Positions 61,590-64,000 of a DNA stretch of 64,000 nucleotides are shown piece by piece. The stretch lies in NCBI RefSeq assembly GCF_006345805.1, contig NC_043008.1, positions 5,270,001 through 5,334,000 of the forward strand, written 5' to 3'. Source of the DNA: Octopus sinensis (lineage: Eukaryota). The translations under genes and the position numbers were made by a program. A model generated the notes under the pieces. It was not told the origin of the DNA. It saw only the letters and a program-made list of their open reading frames with translations, and made no database searches. Position 1 is the stretch's first letter. Every line of letters starts with the position of its first letter.

Positions 61590-62055
61590 CCAGTCATCAA
61601 ATCTAAGTAGAGATTTCAAACTTAAAACCTTCAAAGCCACAGTCGACCAATTCTACTATATGGCTCAGAAACCTGGACATTATCAAAGAAGCTTGAGAGG
61701 CGGTTGGATGGAACTTACACTCACCTCCTTATGAGAGCTCAAAATCTTGTGTGTAAGTGTCATCCAACCAAAGTACAAATATATGGGAAATTACCACCTG
61801 TATCATCTCTTGTGAAAGGTAGAAGAGTCCAGTTTGCTGGACATTGTTGTAGAGCTGAAAACGAGGTAACTTCTACTCTTCTCCTCTGGAAGCCATCTGC
61901 TCGCAATACCAGAGGGCGCACACTCTCCTACCCTGATGTAATCTCCAGGGATACAGGCATCCAGCAACAGGACCTCTGTAATGCTATGATGCACTGTGAA
62001 GTCTGGCGTAACAGTAAATTCCATTGTCTCAACCATGGTCGAACAATGATAATAA
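61590..62055 (+). mobile_element. RTE LINE 3' fragment
   Basis: Same family (DGTYTHLLMRAQ...RVQFAGHCC). Confidence 0.85.
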
Positions 62056-62379
62056 TATACCGATATACCATACTTGTAAGGACTTCATATTCAAAACAGT
62101 TACATACAGTCCAGTGTGCATACAAGCATCCGTTCATCATCGGCAACAGTAATAATTGTTGTCATCATCACCTCTCTCTCTCAGCTGTGTTTAAATTCTA
62201 TTTTCTCATGCAAGCATGCATTGCTCAGATCTGTCAGAAACCATATCTCAATGTTGATAATGATGGTGGTAGTGATAAAGATGATGATGATAATAATGAT
62301 GTAGATAATGGCACTAATGATAAGGTTGATGCTGATAATAATGAGGTACAAATGAGTTAAGTTTAATTCTCAACCACAT

Positions 62380-63950
62380 AGCTTTGGTTTCAATCCCACA
62401 GTGCCCCTGGGAGCTCCTCTATGCTGATGACCTTGTTCTAAATGCTGAGTCACTATCAGAACTAGAGGAGGAGTTTCAAGTGTGGAAACAAGGATTAGAA
62501 TTGAAGGGCCTTAGAGTCAACCTAGCTAAAACCAAAGTCCTAATAAGTAGAAAGGCAGGCAAACCACAAATCCCTGCTCGATCTATAGAAAAGGTGTAGG
62601 TAGGAACTCTTTAAGATGTACCCAATGTAAGCTATGGCCACATAAGAGGTGCAGCAATATCAAAGGAAGGCTAACTGGGAAGATAGTTTTTGTGTGAAGC
62701 AGATGCACAGGGGCAATAAACACTGCAAATGTGCAGAGAACAACTTCCGCCACATTCCAGGGAGAAAACTAGAAGTAATTGATAGCTTCCGTTACCTAGG
62801 TGACCAAGTCAGTAGGGGGGGAGGGTGCTCTGAAAGTGTAGCTGCTAGAATAAGAATAACTTGGGCAAAGTTCAGAGAGCTCTTACATCTGCTGGTGACA
62901 AAGGGCCTGTTGCTCAGTAAAAGGTAGAGTGTATTACGCATGTGTATGAACAGCCATGCTACATGGTAGTGAAACAAGGGGCCGTGACTGCTGAGGACAT
63001 GCGTAAGCTCACAAAGAATGAAGCCAGTATGCTCTGCTGGATGTGTAATGTCAGTGTGCATACTCGACAGAGTGTAAGTACCTTGAGAGAAAAGTTGGAC
63101 CTAAGAAGCCTCAGATGTGGTGTGCAAGAGAGACAACTGCACTGGTATGGCCATGCAGCGAGAATGGATATGGATAGCTGTGTGAAAAAGTGCCACACCC
63201 TAGCAATTGAGGGAACCTGTAGAAGAGGTAGACTCAGGAAGACCTGGGATGAGGTGGTGAAGCATGACCTTTGAACATTGGGCCTCACCGAGGCAATGAT
63301 TAGTGGCCGAGACCTTTGGAAATATGCTGTGCTTGAGAAGACTTGGCAAGCCAACTGAGACCAGAACCTTGTGGCCTATGCCAGGGGTGTAACCAGCCCA
63401 CTTATGCGTACCTTTCCTTCATTGGACACTAAACTCTGCTTGCGAAGACCTGTTGAGGCAAGTGAAATCGAAACCAAAATCAAATTCGATGACTGGCATC
63501 TGTGCTAGTGGAGCACTAAGAGTACCATCTGAGTGTGATCGTTGCCAGAGCAGCAAACTGGCTTCCCTGCCGGTGGCATGTAAAAGCACCATCCAAGCGT
63601 GATTGTTACCTGCGTCGCCTTCCTGGCACTTGTGCTGGTGACACATGAAAAAACATTTGAGCGAGGTCGTTGCCAGTGCTGTTGGAAGGCTCCTGTGCAG
63701 GTGGCACATAAAAAGCACCATTTGAGCAGGGCCATTGCCAATACCGCCTGACTGGCCCCTGTGCCGGTGGCATGCCAAAGCACCTACTGCTCTCTCGGAG
63801 TGGTTGGCGTTAGGAAAGGCATCCAGCTGTAGAAACACTGCCAGATCAGATTCGAGCCTGGTGCAGCCATCTGATTCGCCAGTCCTCAGTCAAAATCGCC
63901 CAACCCATGCTAGCATGGAAAGCAGACATTAAACGATGCTGATGATGACA
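62380..63950 (+). mobile_element. RTE-clade LINE (Rex3/Expander-like) RT C-terminus plus long modular 3' UTR and (GAT)n tail
   Basis: LLYADDLVL, GLRVNLAKTKVL, Cys-rich insert, FRYLGD and WYGHAARM motifs; 3' UTR with GTGCCGGTGGCA modules. Truncated copies lie at ~23375-23780, 25710-26220, 26405-26640, 28870-29545, 31150-31710, 33315-33960, 34570-34745, 38325-38810, 50025-50150, 51070-51480, 54700-55290, 58325-59570 and 60555-60740. Confidence 0.85.
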
Positions 63951-64000
63951 AAATGAACAACCTGCTATAAAAAATCCTGCCTCAACTATTTCTCCTGTCT

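Overview
This is eukaryotic, AT-rich, repeat-dense DNA. The SINE/LINE/Helitron landscape suggests an Octopus genome, which is my inference. Two host genes lie on the minus strand. On the right are the last three coding exons of a peptidylglycine alpha-amidating enzyme (PAM/PAL: last NHL repeat, transmembrane helix, cytosolic tail; 61361-53889). On the left are the first two coding exons of a CaMKIV-type kinase (15973-15885 and 9812-9734; the rest lies left of the window). The ~37 kb between them and all introns are a transposon pile-up: a decayed autonomous Helitron (Rep + Pif1 helicase) with non-autonomous and chimeric relatives, mariner/Tc1/hAT/piggyBac derivatives, long foldback elements, RTE and CR1 LINE fragments, and three tRNA-derived SINE families. 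The most notable non-obvious signal is a cluster of minimal type I hammerhead ribozyme motifs, of the Penelope-like-element style, between 32 and 47 kb. They sit in or beside short palindromic elements, and two have every catalytic core base intact on inspection. Other highlights are a twin-priming-type inverted RTE insertion, a Helitron chimera with microhomology junctions, a Helitron carrying piggyBac transposase sequence, a 1.38 kb near-perfect palindrome with a TSD and an empty-site paralog, and head-to-tail SINE concatemers with a recurring junction. All analysis was by eye, so repeat boundaries are approximate unless TSDs or termini are quoted.
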